35,008 nt of DNA from Methanosarcinaceae archaeon. Lineage in GTDB: Archaea > Halobacteriota > Methanosarcinia > Methanosarcinales > Methanosarcinaceae. The DNA lies in the NCBI GenBank assembly GCA_028690255.1, contig JAQVBP010000005.1, forward strand, positions 1-35,008, written 5' to 3'. Shown piece by piece: positions 6,914-16,489 of this stretch. The stretch's first letter is position 1, and the number at the start of each line of letters is the position of its first letter. The notes below the pieces were generated by a model, which saw only the letters and a list, made by a program, of their open reading frames with translations, was not told where the DNA came from and did no database searches. The translations under genes were made by a program, and so were the position numbers.

Positions 6914-8092
6914 ATGAATCAAACAGAACCCGGGATTAAAAAACCCCTGGAAGAGGCCGGAGCCGAAGCTTACCTGATGCTAGGGGACCTGCATTCGGCA
7001 GACATTTTTTACACAACCCGTTTCCTGGCCTCGGACTCTTTTGCATACCTTCAGACCGCTTCCGGAAAAGAGACGCTACTCATATCGGAAATGGAAAAAG
7101 GAAGGGCCGAAAAAGAGTCGAGATTGTCCGGGATTAAAACCATGAAAGACTTCGGCTACCGGGAAAAAGTAAAAGAAAAGAAAGATGCAGCGCTGGCTTA
7201 CGCGGCCTGCCTTTCGGATCTGCTCCTGGAAACCGGGGTAATAAAGGTTGCCGTACCTTACGATTTTCCAGTTTTTTATGCAAATTGCCTGACCGAAGCC
7301 GGGTTTTCCGTGCTGCCCTTAAAAAGCCCTTTTAAGAAGCTGAGGAGCGTAAAGGGGGCGGAAGAAGTAGAAGCCGTCAAATACGCCCAGAGAGCCGGAG
7401 AAGAGGCCATGAAAGCGGCAATAAAACTAATAGAACGAGCCGAAGAAAAAGACGGCATCCTCTGGCATGAAGGCTCGGAACTGACCGGAGAAAAAGTACT
7501 CTCCGTAATTGACCACACTCTCCTGGACTACGGCTGTGAAGCGGAAGAGACCATCGTCTCCTGCGGAGAGGACAGCTCAAACCCCCACGGGACAACAGCG
7601 GGCCCCCTCAGAGCAGACGCCCCTATCATCCTGGATATTTACCCCAGAAGCAAAAAGAAACGCTACTTTGCGGACATGACACGCACGGTAGTCCACGGAA
7701 AAGCTTCCGGGGAATTGAAAAAAATGTATTCAGCCGTACTGGAGGCCCAGGAAACAGGCCTCAAAATGGTAAAACCGGGAGTCACGGCCTCAGACATCCA
7801 TAATGCGGTCTGTGACCTGTTTGAAGCCCGGGGGTACGACACCTACCGGAGCGGGGCAGAGGTGGGCTTTACCCATTCCACAGGACACGGAGTCGGGCTT
7901 GACATCCACGAACTCCCGGGAGTGGGAGATAACGGGGCCGTACTTGAAGCAGGAAACATCATCACAATCGAGCCCGGACTCTATTACCCCAAAATAGGAG
8001 GAATCCGGCTGGAAGACCTGGTACTCGTAACAAAAAACGGATGCGAGAACCTGACAAAACTGGAGAAGAAATTTGAGTTGGGTGGGGAATAA
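6914..8092 (+). CDS. M24B family Xaa-Pro dipeptidase/aminopeptidase
   Basis: 392 aa. Pita-bread metal-ligand motifs DMTRT, HSTGHGVGLDIHE, EPGLY, IRLED. Confidence 0.9.
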   Translation: MNQTEPGIKKPLEEAGAEAYLMLGDLHSADIFYTTRFLASDSFAYLQTASGKETLLISEMEKGRAEKESRLSGIKTMKDFGYREKVKEKKDAALAYAACLSDLLLETGVIKVAVPYDFPVFYANCLTEAGFSVLPLKSPFKKLRSVKGAEEVEAVKYAQRAGEEAMKAAIKLIERAEEKDGILWHEGSELTGEKVLSVIDHTLLDYGCEAEETIVSCGEDSSNPHGTTAGPLRADAPIILDIYPRSKKKRYFADMTRTVVHGKASGELKKMYSAVLEAQETGLKMVKPGVTASDIHNAVCDLFEARGYDTYRSGAEVGFTHSTGHGVGLDIHELPGVGDNGAVLEAGNIITIEPGLYYPKIGGIRLEDLVLVTKNGCENLTKLEKKFELGGE

Positions 8093-8189
8093 GCTGGCCG
8101 GATTGGCCTTAATTTTTCCCGCATAATACCCAGAAATCAAAATTATTTAACTGATATAGTTATCATGTATTATTCATTCAGGAGTAAGT

Positions 8190-9080
8190 ATGACAGATAA
8201 CGTTCAAAACAGAGAAGAAATCGCTGAAAAATACAGAGAAGCAGGCAGAATCCTGACCCAGGTCCGGGCCGAGGCAAAAGACCTGGTCCGGGTCGGGGGC
8301 AGCCTTCTTAAAGTTGCGGACTTCGTGGAAACCCGGACCGTCGAACTCGGAGGGAAACCGGCTTTTCCCTGTAACATCTCAAGGAACGAGGAAGCGGCCC
8401 ACGCAACCCCGAAAACGGGAGACACGGACACCTTCGGAAAAGACATGATAAAGCTGGACCTCGGGGTCCATGTGGACGGCTACATCGCAGACTCGGCCCT
8501 GACTGTGGACCTCTCGGGAAACCCTGACATCGTAAAAGCCGCCGAAGAAGCACTCGCTGCGGCAATTGCCCTGGTAAGGCCCGGAGTCAGCACCGGAGAA
8601 CTGGGGGCCGCAATCGAAGAGACCATTCGGGGCTACGGGCTGCTCCCAATCGCAAACCTTACCGGGCACGGACTCGCCCGGTACATTGCCCATGACAACC
8701 CTGCTGTCCCGAACAGACATGTGGACGGAGGAGCGGTCCTGAAAGAAGGAGATGTAATTGCAATCGAGCCATTCGCAACAAACGGCATGGGCCTGGTCCA
8801 CGACGGAAGCTGGACCGAGATCTACAGTATTATCCGGAAAAAACCCGTCCGTGTACCTGCAATCCGGAAGGTCCTCAAACAGGCCGAGGAATACAAAGAG
8901 CTTCCCTTTGCAAAACGCTGGCTTTCCTCCGATAAACTGGACTTTGCAATGATTCAGCTTGAAAAAGCCGGAATCCTCCACGGCTATCCCGTCCTCCTGG
9001 AAAGCGCAGGCGGCCTGGTAGCACAGGCTGAGCACACGGTTATCGTAAACGAAGACGGGTGTGAGATTACTACGGAATAA
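8190..9080 (+). CDS. map: Type 2 (archaeal) methionine aminopeptidase
   Basis: 296 aa. FPCNIS..EAAHATP, DLGVHVDGYIADSA, TGHG, AIEPF, AQAEHTV. Confidence 0.92.
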   Translation: MTDNVQNREEIAEKYREAGRILTQVRAEAKDLVRVGGSLLKVADFVETRTVELGGKPAFPCNISRNEEAAHATPKTGDTDTFGKDMIKLDLGVHVDGYIADSALTVDLSGNPDIVKAAEEALAAAIALVRPGVSTGELGAAIEETIRGYGLLPIANLTGHGLARYIAHDNPAVPNRHVDGGAVLKEGDVIAIEPFATNGMGLVHDGSWTEIYSIIRKKPVRVPAIRKVLKQAEEYKELPFAKRWLSSDKLDFAMIQLEKAGILHGYPVLLESAGGLVAQAEHTVIVNEDGCEITTE

Positions 9081-9169
9081 AAGAGATAGATAGGGCAGGC
9101 GGATGAACAGATATAAAGTGTTAATGCGAAAAAACGCACATAAAAATCTTCGAATTACAGGTACAAAAA

Positions 9170-10006
9170 ATGAAAGTATACAGATACTTTCGTACCAAAA
9201 GAGAGGAGTTGAACAGCTTGAAACCTGAAAATTTTCTTCCGGCAACATGTATAATCCTCCTGCTTACAATCCTCCTGCTTTCTGGAACAGGAGCCGCTGC
9301 CTTCTCCTACTCCAATAGCATCACCTTAAACCCCGGGAACGCTACCTGGGGATACGAAGAATACGTAACAGGCAAAGAAGCTAGTTTTTCCAGGCAACTT
9401 ATAGACAATCAGGCCGGCAACAATGACAGCTTTGTCAATGTCTGGGAACTCATAAGCATGGAGCGGAGGTTCGGAGAAAGACTGCGTGAGTCCATCGAAA
9501 AAAAGCCGGACATAAAGTTTAACAATTCCTCGGAAACGGTAAAGGTCCTTGATGTTGAGTACCGTTTCTCGGAAGAGTCCCTCGGAAACGTCTTTAAAAC
9601 GAAAGCCCTGAAGAACCGGGCCTTTGTTAAATACAGCATTGATAAAGGAGCCCTGGCCCCAGGCACTGAAGCCTGGTTTAGGGGAACACCCGAATCAAAA
9701 GTAAGAGTCATACTGCCCCCGGGCCTTGACGTAAACGAAACAGGGGGGCTCGAAAACAGCACGGTCAGCTTTAAAAATGATCGGGCAGTCCTTGAGGGCA
9801 GATTTGACGAGAAAGGGGAAATGACACTCCGATTTTCGGAAAACAAAAGCTTTAATCCGAAGTCCTCCGAAGAGGCCTTAAACGTCAGTTCGGCAGAAGA
9901 AATGAATGTATCGGCCCCTGAAAAGCCTATCAAGGCCCAGGAGCCGGATATGTTTAATTATTTTGATGGTTTGAAGGATAAACTGGCCCGGAGCCTTGAA
10001 GTATGA
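9170..10006 (+). CDS. Hypothetical secreted/membrane-anchored protein
   Basis: 278 aa. N-terminal hydrophobic anchor CIILLLTILLLSGTGAAA. No recognisable catalytic motifs. Start uncertain. Confidence 0.55.
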   Translation: MKVYRYFRTKREELNSLKPENFLPATCIILLLTILLLSGTGAAAFSYSNSITLNPGNATWGYEEYVTGKEASFSRQLIDNQAGNNDSFVNVWELISMERRFGERLRESIEKKPDIKFNNSSETVKVLDVEYRFSEESLGNVFKTKALKNRAFVKYSIDKGALAPGTEAWFRGTPESKVRVILPPGLDVNETGGLENSTVSFKNDRAVLEGRFDEKGEMTLRFSENKSFNPKSSEEALNVSSAEEMNVSAPEKPIKAQEPDMFNYFDGLKDKLARSLEV

Positions 10007-10102
10007 GAACGCCTGCCTCCGACCCGGTTATAGGTCCCGAAAGCTGTACTTAAACCCAAAAACCTTTAATTAAACCCAAAAGTTTAATCTTAGTCCCGAC
10101 CC

Positions 10103-10402
10103 ATGCTAAAAGACATGCTTGTAAAACAGATAATCCTGGAAAAAGGGTGTGCCCTTGGCCTCTGCTTTCAAATGCAGGCCTATCCCCTGCTTGTCCTTCG
10201 GGCGGAGAAAGGTTTTTTAATGTGCGGCTACCTGGACACCCGGGCCGCAGAAAGGCTCGTCGACGCCGCAGCAAAGGTAACAGGTGTTAAGACCTTCGAA
10301 GACATGCTAAAAGCAAAAATTGTTGAGGCCACGCCCGCAGCCAGAGCTCTCGGCGTTGAACCCGGTATGACAGGGGAAGAAGCGCTCAACAAAATGTTTT
10401 AA
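10103..10402 (+). CDS. DUF1805 (YunC-like) domain protein
   Basis: 99 aa. LVLRAEKGFLMCGYLD...AAAKVTGVKTFEDMLKAKI matches the DUF1805 pattern as I recall it. Confidence 0.7.
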   Translation: MLKDMLVKQIILEKGCALGLCFQMQAYPLLVLRAEKGFLMCGYLDTRAAERLVDAAAKVTGVKTFEDMLKAKIVEATPAARALGVEPGMTGEEALNKMF

Positions 10403-10594
10403 TCAAATTGCCCCTACCTCCCGACCTCGAAAGCAGACCTTCACCGGAAAGGGGACCCCCTGACAGACAGTGGACCCCTGACGGGCAGAAGACTCTCCCC
10501 GGAAAGCGGGTCGCTCTGGCAGACCACACTCCCACAAATAATCCAAAATGATCCAGATTTACCCAAAAAAAGGACCAGTAATACGGGTTTACCA

Positions 10595-11638
10595 ATGTTA
10601 TACGCTTTTGAACTTTCAGGAGAACACGAACAACTACCCGCCGCCGAGGCCCTTGCCTGCCTTGAGACGGTGGGGCTTGAGTTTGTGACTCACGCCTTTT
10701 TTGAGCAGTGCCTCGTGGTGGATATCCGGGGTAGAAAAGAAACCGTTGAAGAAATACTAAGAGGTCGGGTAACGGAACGGCTCGCAATGACCCATCACAT
10801 CCTGAAAGTGGTGGGAATCACCGAAAGCCGGCCTGAAGAAATTCTCAGGTTTGCCGAAAATTTCGATCCTGAAGACTTTATCAGGGAAGGCGAAAGTTTT
10901 GTTGTCCGGGCAAAACGAATCGGGAAACACGTGGACTACCCCTGTGAGCCCCTTGAAAAAAAGATAGGAGGCTACATCTACAGGAAAGGTTTCAGGGCAA
11001 AGCTCAAAGCCCCGGACGTTAGTTTCCGCCTTATCCTGAGTGAGCGGACCGTTTTCGGAGTCCTGCTCTCGTCAGTTGACAGAAGCGACTATGAAGCCCG
11101 AACCCCGCAGAACAAACCCTTTTTCCACCCAGGAGTCCTCATGCCAAGGGTTGCCCGGGCCCTTGTAAACATCGCCCGGACAAAGGCCGGAGACCTTTTC
11201 CTCGACCCCTTCTGCGGGACAGGGGGCATCCTTGTGGAAGCCGGCCTCCTGAAAGCGAGGGTTCTGGGAATCGACGCCCAGGAAAAACTTGTGCTGGGAG
11301 CCCGCATAAACCTTAAGGCTTTCGGGGCGGACTACGTCCTTCTGGAAGGAGATGCCTGCAGAGTCCCCTTAAAAGCGGAAACCGTGGACGCGGTTGTAAC
11401 CGACCCCCCTTACGGACGCTCGGCGGCCATCCTAGCCGAGTCCCTGGAAAAACTCTATGCAGGGGCCTTTATGGAAATTTACCGCGTCCTGAAACCCGGG
11501 GGCCTTGCAGTCGTGGTCTCGGACAAACCGGCTTACGAATACGGAGAAAAAGCAGGGTTGGAAGTGCTTGATATCTATGCCCAGCGAGTCCACCGGAGCC
11601 TTACCAGGACGATAACGGTATTCCGAAAACTAAGGTAA
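10595..11638 (+). CDS. THUMP-domain tRNA (guanine-N2) methyltransferase (Trm-G10/Trm11-like)
   Basis: 347 aa. SAM motif I DPFCGTGGILVEAG, motif IV DPPYGRS. N-terminal ~160 aa has THUMP-like size and position. Confidence 0.85.
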   Translation: MLYAFELSGEHEQLPAAEALACLETVGLEFVTHAFFEQCLVVDIRGRKETVEEILRGRVTERLAMTHHILKVVGITESRPEEILRFAENFDPEDFIREGESFVVRAKRIGKHVDYPCEPLEKKIGGYIYRKGFRAKLKAPDVSFRLILSERTVFGVLLSSVDRSDYEARTPQNKPFFHPGVLMPRVARALVNIARTKAGDLFLDPFCGTGGILVEAGLLKARVLGIDAQEKLVLGARINLKAFGADYVLLEGDACRVPLKAETVDAVVTDPPYGRSAAILAESLEKLYAGAFMEIYRVLKPGGLAVVVSDKPAYEYGEKAGLEVLDIYAQRVHRSLTRTITVFRKLR

Positions 11639-11733
11639 TCTGTCCATCTGTGATGTCCGGGAAGAAGGGGGGGCCTGGAAAAAATAAAGAAGGTGCCGGA
11701 AAATAAAAATGAAGATATAAAACGATAAAATAC

Positions 11734-12543
11734 TCATTCCTTGAAAATCAATTCCTCAAGGACCTCGGCCATCACCCGGTGTTCCGGGATGCGCCTGTAA
11801 TTCAGATCCTCTGCCCTGCGGACCGAATAGGAATCCTCCACCCATTCCAGGGGGTCGGGATAATTGATTTCCATCAGGGTGAGCCCGTATGGGGGAGCAG
11901 GCTCCAGCCCTTCTTCATAGACTTCGGGGGAAAGCATCTGGATCAGCCAGTCCTCGTCCCTGACCCCGTTTCCGATCATGGAAAGGGCACTTACGATCTT
12001 TCGGACCATGTTCCAGAGGAAACTGTTCCCCACAACATCTATTTTTGTGAGTTCCCCGTCAACCCTGATATCGATCCTCTCAAGGGTCCGGACCGTTCCC
12101 TTGTCCCCGTCAGCCCGGGAAAAGTTCGCGAAATCATGGGTTCCGAGGAGGAGTTTGGAGGCTTCCCGGATCCTGGGGATATCATACGCTTCCCCGCACA
12201 TGACGTATCTGTACCTTCTGGAAACCGCCTGTCTTCGCGGATCGAAACCTCCGGAAACTTCCGCATGAGCCCAGGTCCAGATGGAGGACGGAAGTTCCGA
12301 GTTTATGACCCTTGGGATTGCCAGGTTAGGTTTATCGGTATCAAAGGAAACGACCTGTCCAAGAGCGTGCACGCCCGCATCGGTCCTGCCTGCGCAGACG
12401 TAATTGGCGGATTTGGGGCTTTCTATAATTCCGAGTTTTCGGAGAGCTTTGAAAAGTTCCCCTTCCACAGTCTCAACATTGGGCTGAATCTGGGAGCCGT
12501 GAAACTCGGTGCCTATGTAGGCAAGTTTTAGAGCGACTCTCAT
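11734..12543 (-). CDS. truA: tRNA pseudouridine(38-40) synthase
   Basis: 269 aa. Catalytic-Asp motif GRTDAGVHA. Also GTHDF.NF and SFLWNMVR. Confidence 0.93.
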   Translation of the reverse strand: MRVALKLAYIGTEFHGSQIQPNVETVEGELFKALRKLGIIESPKSANYVCAGRTDAGVHALGQVVSFDTDKPNLAIPRVINSELPSSIWTWAHAEVSGGFDPRRQAVSRRYRYVMCGEAYDIPRIREASKLLLGTHDFANFSRADGDKGTVRTLERIDIRVDGELTKIDVVGNSFLWNMVRKIVSALSMIGNGVRDEDWLIQMLSPEVYEEGLEPAPPYGLTLMEINYPDPLEWVEDSYSVRRAEDLNYRRIPEHRVMAEVLEELIFKE

Positions 12544-12556
12544 ATGAATTCCCTGA

Positions 12557-13837
12557 TTACATGGACTTTTTCTTATAATAGACTTCTCTTATGATCAAAA
12601 GGCATATGACAAAGAGACAACCGAAAAGAAACCAGACCCCCGGATGAACCAGAAGGGTATCGAAAAAGTGGGAGCCAGCTCCGGCCCCGGCCCCGAGCGT
12701 GCCCGGAGGGATGGAATCCAGGGCAGATGAGTCCATACCCTCCAGGAGCTCCGCCCCTTCCGCAGGCACGGCATTCTCTGCCAACACTGGGGCGGATTCC
12801 GGAGCGGATTCCGGAATTGCCGAAACTTCTTCTTCTGCAGGCATTCCCTCATCCAGGGGAATTTCGTCTATAGAGGAATCTGCTACGAGGGCGTCATCCA
12901 TGGAGATTTTATCCTCAAGAGCATATTCAGCACCTGATTCCTTTAATGCTCCATCAACAGAAGCCCCATCAACAGAAGCCCCATCAACAGAAGCCCCATC
13001 AACAGAAGCCCCATCAACAGAAGCCCCATCAACAGAAGCCCCATCAACAGGAGCTCCTTCAACAACGCCCCCTTCCATGGGAGCTTCCTGAGCAACCATA
13101 TCATTCTCAGAAATATCTACAACGTCCCCCGCAAAAGTGGCGTTCATAGCCCCATTCCCGGGAATGAACTCTTTATCAAAAACGTTATAATCTGCCCCAA
13201 GCCCGGGGGATTCGGCCATTTTAGGGCTCAGACCACCTTCACTCGCGTTTTCTGCCATATACATGGCCTCCGGGGCAGCGACAGTTTCCGGAGCAGTATA
13301 GTCGGTCGAAAATCCGGCTGGGTCCATGGGAAGAACTTTGAGAAATCTTCTGGCCCGCAGGTAAGCTGTAAGGTACTCGATTCCCGCAGCGGCAAAGAAA
13401 GCCCCCGCTATTACCCCGATGTACTGCTGCAGAATGCTCATTATGGAGATCTTGTCCGCAAAAGTTTTGCTCGGGACCAGCACGATCAGTTTTTCCATTG
13501 CCTCGTAAATCTTGACCTGCCGGCCTTTCCGGCTCCATTTGATCTGCTTGACCTGCACAAGCTCGGAGTCGACCAGGGAATCAAGGTTATACTTGACCGT
13601 GGTCAGGGGGATTTTGAGCTCCACGGCAATATCACTTGCAGAAAGGCCCTTCTTGCCCAGAAGTTCGAGAATCTTTAAAGAGGTCTCGTTCGAAAGGGTC
13701 TGAGTGATCTTTCTCGAATCCTCGTTTACGGGAATTACCAGCAGCTTTTCAGCATCGTCCCGGAGGCTTTTTGCACCTTCCCCTTCTTCGGGGCCGTTTA
13801 TACCCCCTATTTCAATCCTGCTCTCTATATTACTCAT
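12557..13837 (-). CDS. Membrane-associated ArsR-type winged-HTH protein with acidic repeat region
   Basis: 426 aa. N-terminal wHTH (SLKILELLGKKGLSASDIAVELKIPLTTVKYNLDSL), internal hydrophobic segment, (DGASV)x7 repeat, C-terminal hydrophobic helix plus KKK tail. Confidence 0.7.
   Translation of the reverse strand: MSNIESRIEIGGINGPEEGEGAKSLRDDAEKLLVIPVNEDSRKITQTLSNETSLKILELLGKKGLSASDIAVELKIPLTTVKYNLDSLVDSELVQVKQIKWSRKGRQVKIYEAMEKLIVLVPSKTFADKISIMSILQQYIGVIAGAFFAAAGIEYLTAYLRARRFLKVLPMDPAGFSTDYTAPETVAAPEAMYMAENASEGGLSPKMAESPGLGADYNVFDKEFIPGNGAMNATFAGDVVDISENDMVAQEAPMEGGVVEGAPVDGASVDGASVDGASVDGASVDGASVDGASVDGALKESGAEYALEDKISMDDALVADSSIDEIPLDEGMPAEEEVSAIPESAPESAPVLAENAVPAEGAELLEGMDSSALDSIPPGTLGAGAGAGSHFFDTLLVHPGVWFLFGCLFVICLLIIREVYYKKKSM
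12946..13070. repeat. 15-bp tandem repeat ccatcaacagaagcc, about 7 perfect copies plus degenerate flanks, in frame within a CDS
   Basis: Read directly. Encodes (DGASV)n on the minus strand. Confidence 0.95.
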
Positions 13838-14179
13838 GTTAATTTTCCTGAGTTAAAGGCCCGTAATAATGATAGAATTATTTTCCTGCGGGAATCTTAA
13901 CACATAAAACATTTCCAGATTATAAGGCTAGAAAAAGTATATTTTCTTTATTAACTAATATTTTAAAACTGTATAACCTTTTGCTCAATTCTTTTACTCA
14001 ATTTGTTTTTATTTAAGAAACGCCCAAATTAATAATTTATGATAAACTCACTTGATATAATTTTGATATATATTATACATATCTGGCTATAATTTAAATA
14101 TGATCCTTCCCCTAAAGTTAAATATAACATTGTGCATTCTAACCTAAATTTTTCCTAAATATTTCTGTTGGTAGCCACT

Positions 14180-15250
14180 ATGATAACTAAAGAGCAAGTT
14201 CTGGGTATTCTGAAAAACTATGATCTGGAAAACCTGACAATTGCAACGGTCTGTTCTCACTCAAGCCTTCAAATCTTTGACGGAGCAAGAAAAGAAGGTT
14301 TTAAAACACTGGGGATCTGTGTAGGCAAACCCCCTAAATTCTACGAAGCTTTTCCGAAGGGTAAGCCTGACGAGTACCTTGTTGTCGAGAGTTATGCAGA
14401 CATAATGAACAGGGCAGAGGAACTCCGGAAAAAAAACACGATTATCATCCCCCACGGCTCTTTTGTAGCCTATCTTGGCATCGAAAAATTCATGGAACTT
14501 GAAGTCCCGACCTTCGGGAACCGGGGTGTACTGGAATGGGAATCCGACAGGGACAAAGAAAGAGAATGGCTGCTCGGAGCAGGCATCCATATGCCCAGGC
14601 AAATCAATGACCCGAAAGATATCGATGGGCCAGTTATGGTCAAGTATAATGGGGCAAGGGGCGGAAAGGGCTTTTTTGTGGCAAAGACCTACGAAGAGTT
14701 CCAGGAACTCATAGACCCTACCCAAAAATTCACAATTCAGGAATTTATTACCGGGACCCGCTACTACCTGCATTACTTCTACTCACCCATACACGACGAC
14801 GGCTACACCCTCAGCAAAGGCAACCTCCAGCTCCTGAGCATGGACAGACGGGTTGAGTCAAACGCCGACGAAATCTTCAGGCTGGGCTCTCCGAGGGAAC
14901 TTCTGGAAGCCGGCATCCGGCCCACCTACGTTGTCACAGGAAACGTGCCCCTGGTTGCCAGAGAGTCCCTCCTCCCCCTGATCTTCTCCCTTGGAGAAAG
15001 AGTAGTTGAAGAGTCCCTGGGCCTTTTCGGAGGAATGATCGGGTCTTTCTGCCTTGAAACCGTGTTCACGGACGAACTGGAAATCAAAGTCTTTGAAATC
15101 TCGGCCAGGATCGTAGCAGGCACGAATCTCTACCCAACAGGTTCTCCCTATTCGGATCTGATCCAGGAAGACCTCTCTACCGGCAGGAGACTCGCTCAGG
15201 AAATCAAATACGCAGCAAAAACCGGAAAACTTGACGAAATAATTTCTTGA
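14180..15250 (+). CDS. purP: 5-formaminoimidazole-4-carboxamide ribonucleotide (FAICAR) synthetase PurP, ATP-grasp
   Basis: IATVCSHSSLQIFDGARKEGFKT N-terminal signature, ATP-grasp body. The ORF track starts at TTG 14168; ATG 14180 (MITKEQ) seems more likely. Confidence 0.88.
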   Translation: MITKEQVLGILKNYDLENLTIATVCSHSSLQIFDGARKEGFKTLGICVGKPPKFYEAFPKGKPDEYLVVESYADIMNRAEELRKKNTIIIPHGSFVAYLGIEKFMELEVPTFGNRGVLEWESDRDKEREWLLGAGIHMPRQINDPKDIDGPVMVKYNGARGGKGFFVAKTYEEFQELIDPTQKFTIQEFITGTRYYLHYFYSPIHDDGYTLSKGNLQLLSMDRRVESNADEIFRLGSPRELLEAGIRPTYVVTGNVPLVARESLLPLIFSLGERVVEESLGLFGGMIGSFCLETVFTDELEIKVFEISARIVAGTNLYPTGSPYSDLIQEDLSTGRRLAQEIKYAAKTGKLDEIIS

Positions 15251-15408
15251 AACGGCCTATAGCTTTGTCAAATCCCCCCGACTAAAAATCCGGGAGGGTT
15301 TTCTGTTAAGCTTAAGCTATCTTAAGCTACATGAAAATAAGATCGGGAGACTGAGCCGAAAGGAAAAGAGGGCTCCCGGTCTATTTATAATTCCTTTTGT
15401 CCGGATTT

Positions 15409-16233
15409 TTAAGGCCCGGACTCATCTGCAAGGACCCGGGCTCCGGAGACTTCTTCAGAGAGGTTCAGGTAATAAGCGAAAAGTTCTTTGCCCCATTCAA
15501 TCGCGCTTTCCTCAAAACTGATTAAGAACTTCTGATCGAGTTTACCTTTTTTGTCAAAAAGTAGCATGGACATGAAACGTTCGGTAACGGTAAAAGAAAG
15601 GATTCTTGGGGCCTGAGGGTAAACAAAGAGGCTTGAATTATCAGAATCCAGAAAAGTTTCATACACCTCCGAATAATCAGCCAGCATCCTTTCAAAAAAA
15701 ATATTTGAGATTACGAAAACGACCTTCCGATTTATTTTCAGATACTCGCTATAAACTGGAATCAGCGAAGGCTGAAAATAAGAAGAAAAATGCAGAACTT
15801 CCCTGGAGTTGAGCAGGTTTTCCTTAAACTCTGCATGAGGCTCGAAAATCCGACCCAAATCGGGTTCGATAACCCGATAGTCCCCGAGTTCTCCGAGCCT
15901 CCGGAGGAGAAATGCAGGAATTCCTTCCAGGGCCCGGTCTGTCCAGTAATCGTAGTTTTTTTCAAGCACCTGCAGAGTTCCCAGGAGAGGGACCATTTTT
16001 TCAGCCATAATCTTTCCAATACAGGAAAGGCTGTAGTATTTCCCTTTCTGGAGAACAAGGTGACTGTCTTTTAGTTTTTTAATCTGAGGGAGAATTGAAG
16101 TAGGAGGCGCAGCTAAGACATTCGCAATATCTCCAATATTTTTAGGCCCTTCCATAAGGAGGAAGATAACTTTCTTTCTTTTTTCAGAGCGAAGAAGCAG
16201 GTCTTCTAACGAAAGTTCTTGAGTAAGATCCAC
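15409..16233 (-). CDS. wHTH transcriptional regulator with DUF1724 (FilR1/Msr-type) C-terminal domain
   Basis: 274 aa. N-terminal RKKVIFLLMEGPKNIGDI...L.KLKDSHLV wHTH. Size and architecture match methanogen DUF1724 regulators. Confidence 0.65.
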   Translation of the reverse strand: MDLTQELSLEDLLLRSEKRKKVIFLLMEGPKNIGDIANVLAAPPTSILPQIKKLKDSHLVLQKGKYYSLSCIGKIMAEKMVPLLGTLQVLEKNYDYWTDRALEGIPAFLLRRLGELGDYRVIEPDLGRIFEPHAEFKENLLNSREVLHFSSYFQPSLIPVYSEYLKINRKVVFVISNIFFERMLADYSEVYETFLDSDNSSLFVYPQAPRILSFTVTERFMSMLLFDKKGKLDQKFLISFEESAIEWGKELFAYYLNLSEEVSGARVLADESGP

Positions 16234-16489
16234 GGCACCAACTTCAGAATAACTATAATGAATAACGGCTATAGATGGCGTTTTTATATTGTACCCATAA
16301 TCTCAATCCTATATACCCCATCATACCAGTACTGGTTATATACACAGACATATTTGAGCTAACACTATATAAAAATTTAGGAAATATTTCATAAAAATTA
16401 TAAGAAAACTGAGAAATATTCAGACCTTTTTTATCGAACCCATGCATAATAAAATATATTATATAGTTGATACCCCCGATTATTGAATA

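Noticed and set aside
8379-9248. Long antisense or alternate-frame ORFs overlapping strong genes. Examples: 8379-9248(-), 11779-12531(+), 17048-17668(-), 20124-20744(+), 21550-22500(+), 27083-27703(-), 33296-33805(-), 19437-19867(-).
   Set aside because: Each lies entirely within a CDS that has clear family motifs on the other strand or frame. Their products are low-complexity, Arg/Pro/Ser-rich and motif-free. They are shadow ORFs, as expected in ~50% GC coding DNA.
10386-10787. 133-aa minus-strand ORF spanning the DUF1805 to Trm-G10 spacer
   Set aside because: It overlaps the ends of two well-supported plus-strand genes and its product is Arg/Pro/Gly-rich with no motifs. The 190-bp spacer is more plausibly non-coding.
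12946-13149. 67-aa plus-strand ORF encoding (HQQKP)n, and ORF 12699-13091 encoding (APSTE)n
   Set aside because: These are alternate-frame or opposite-strand readings of the 15-bp repeat inside the ArsR-type gene.
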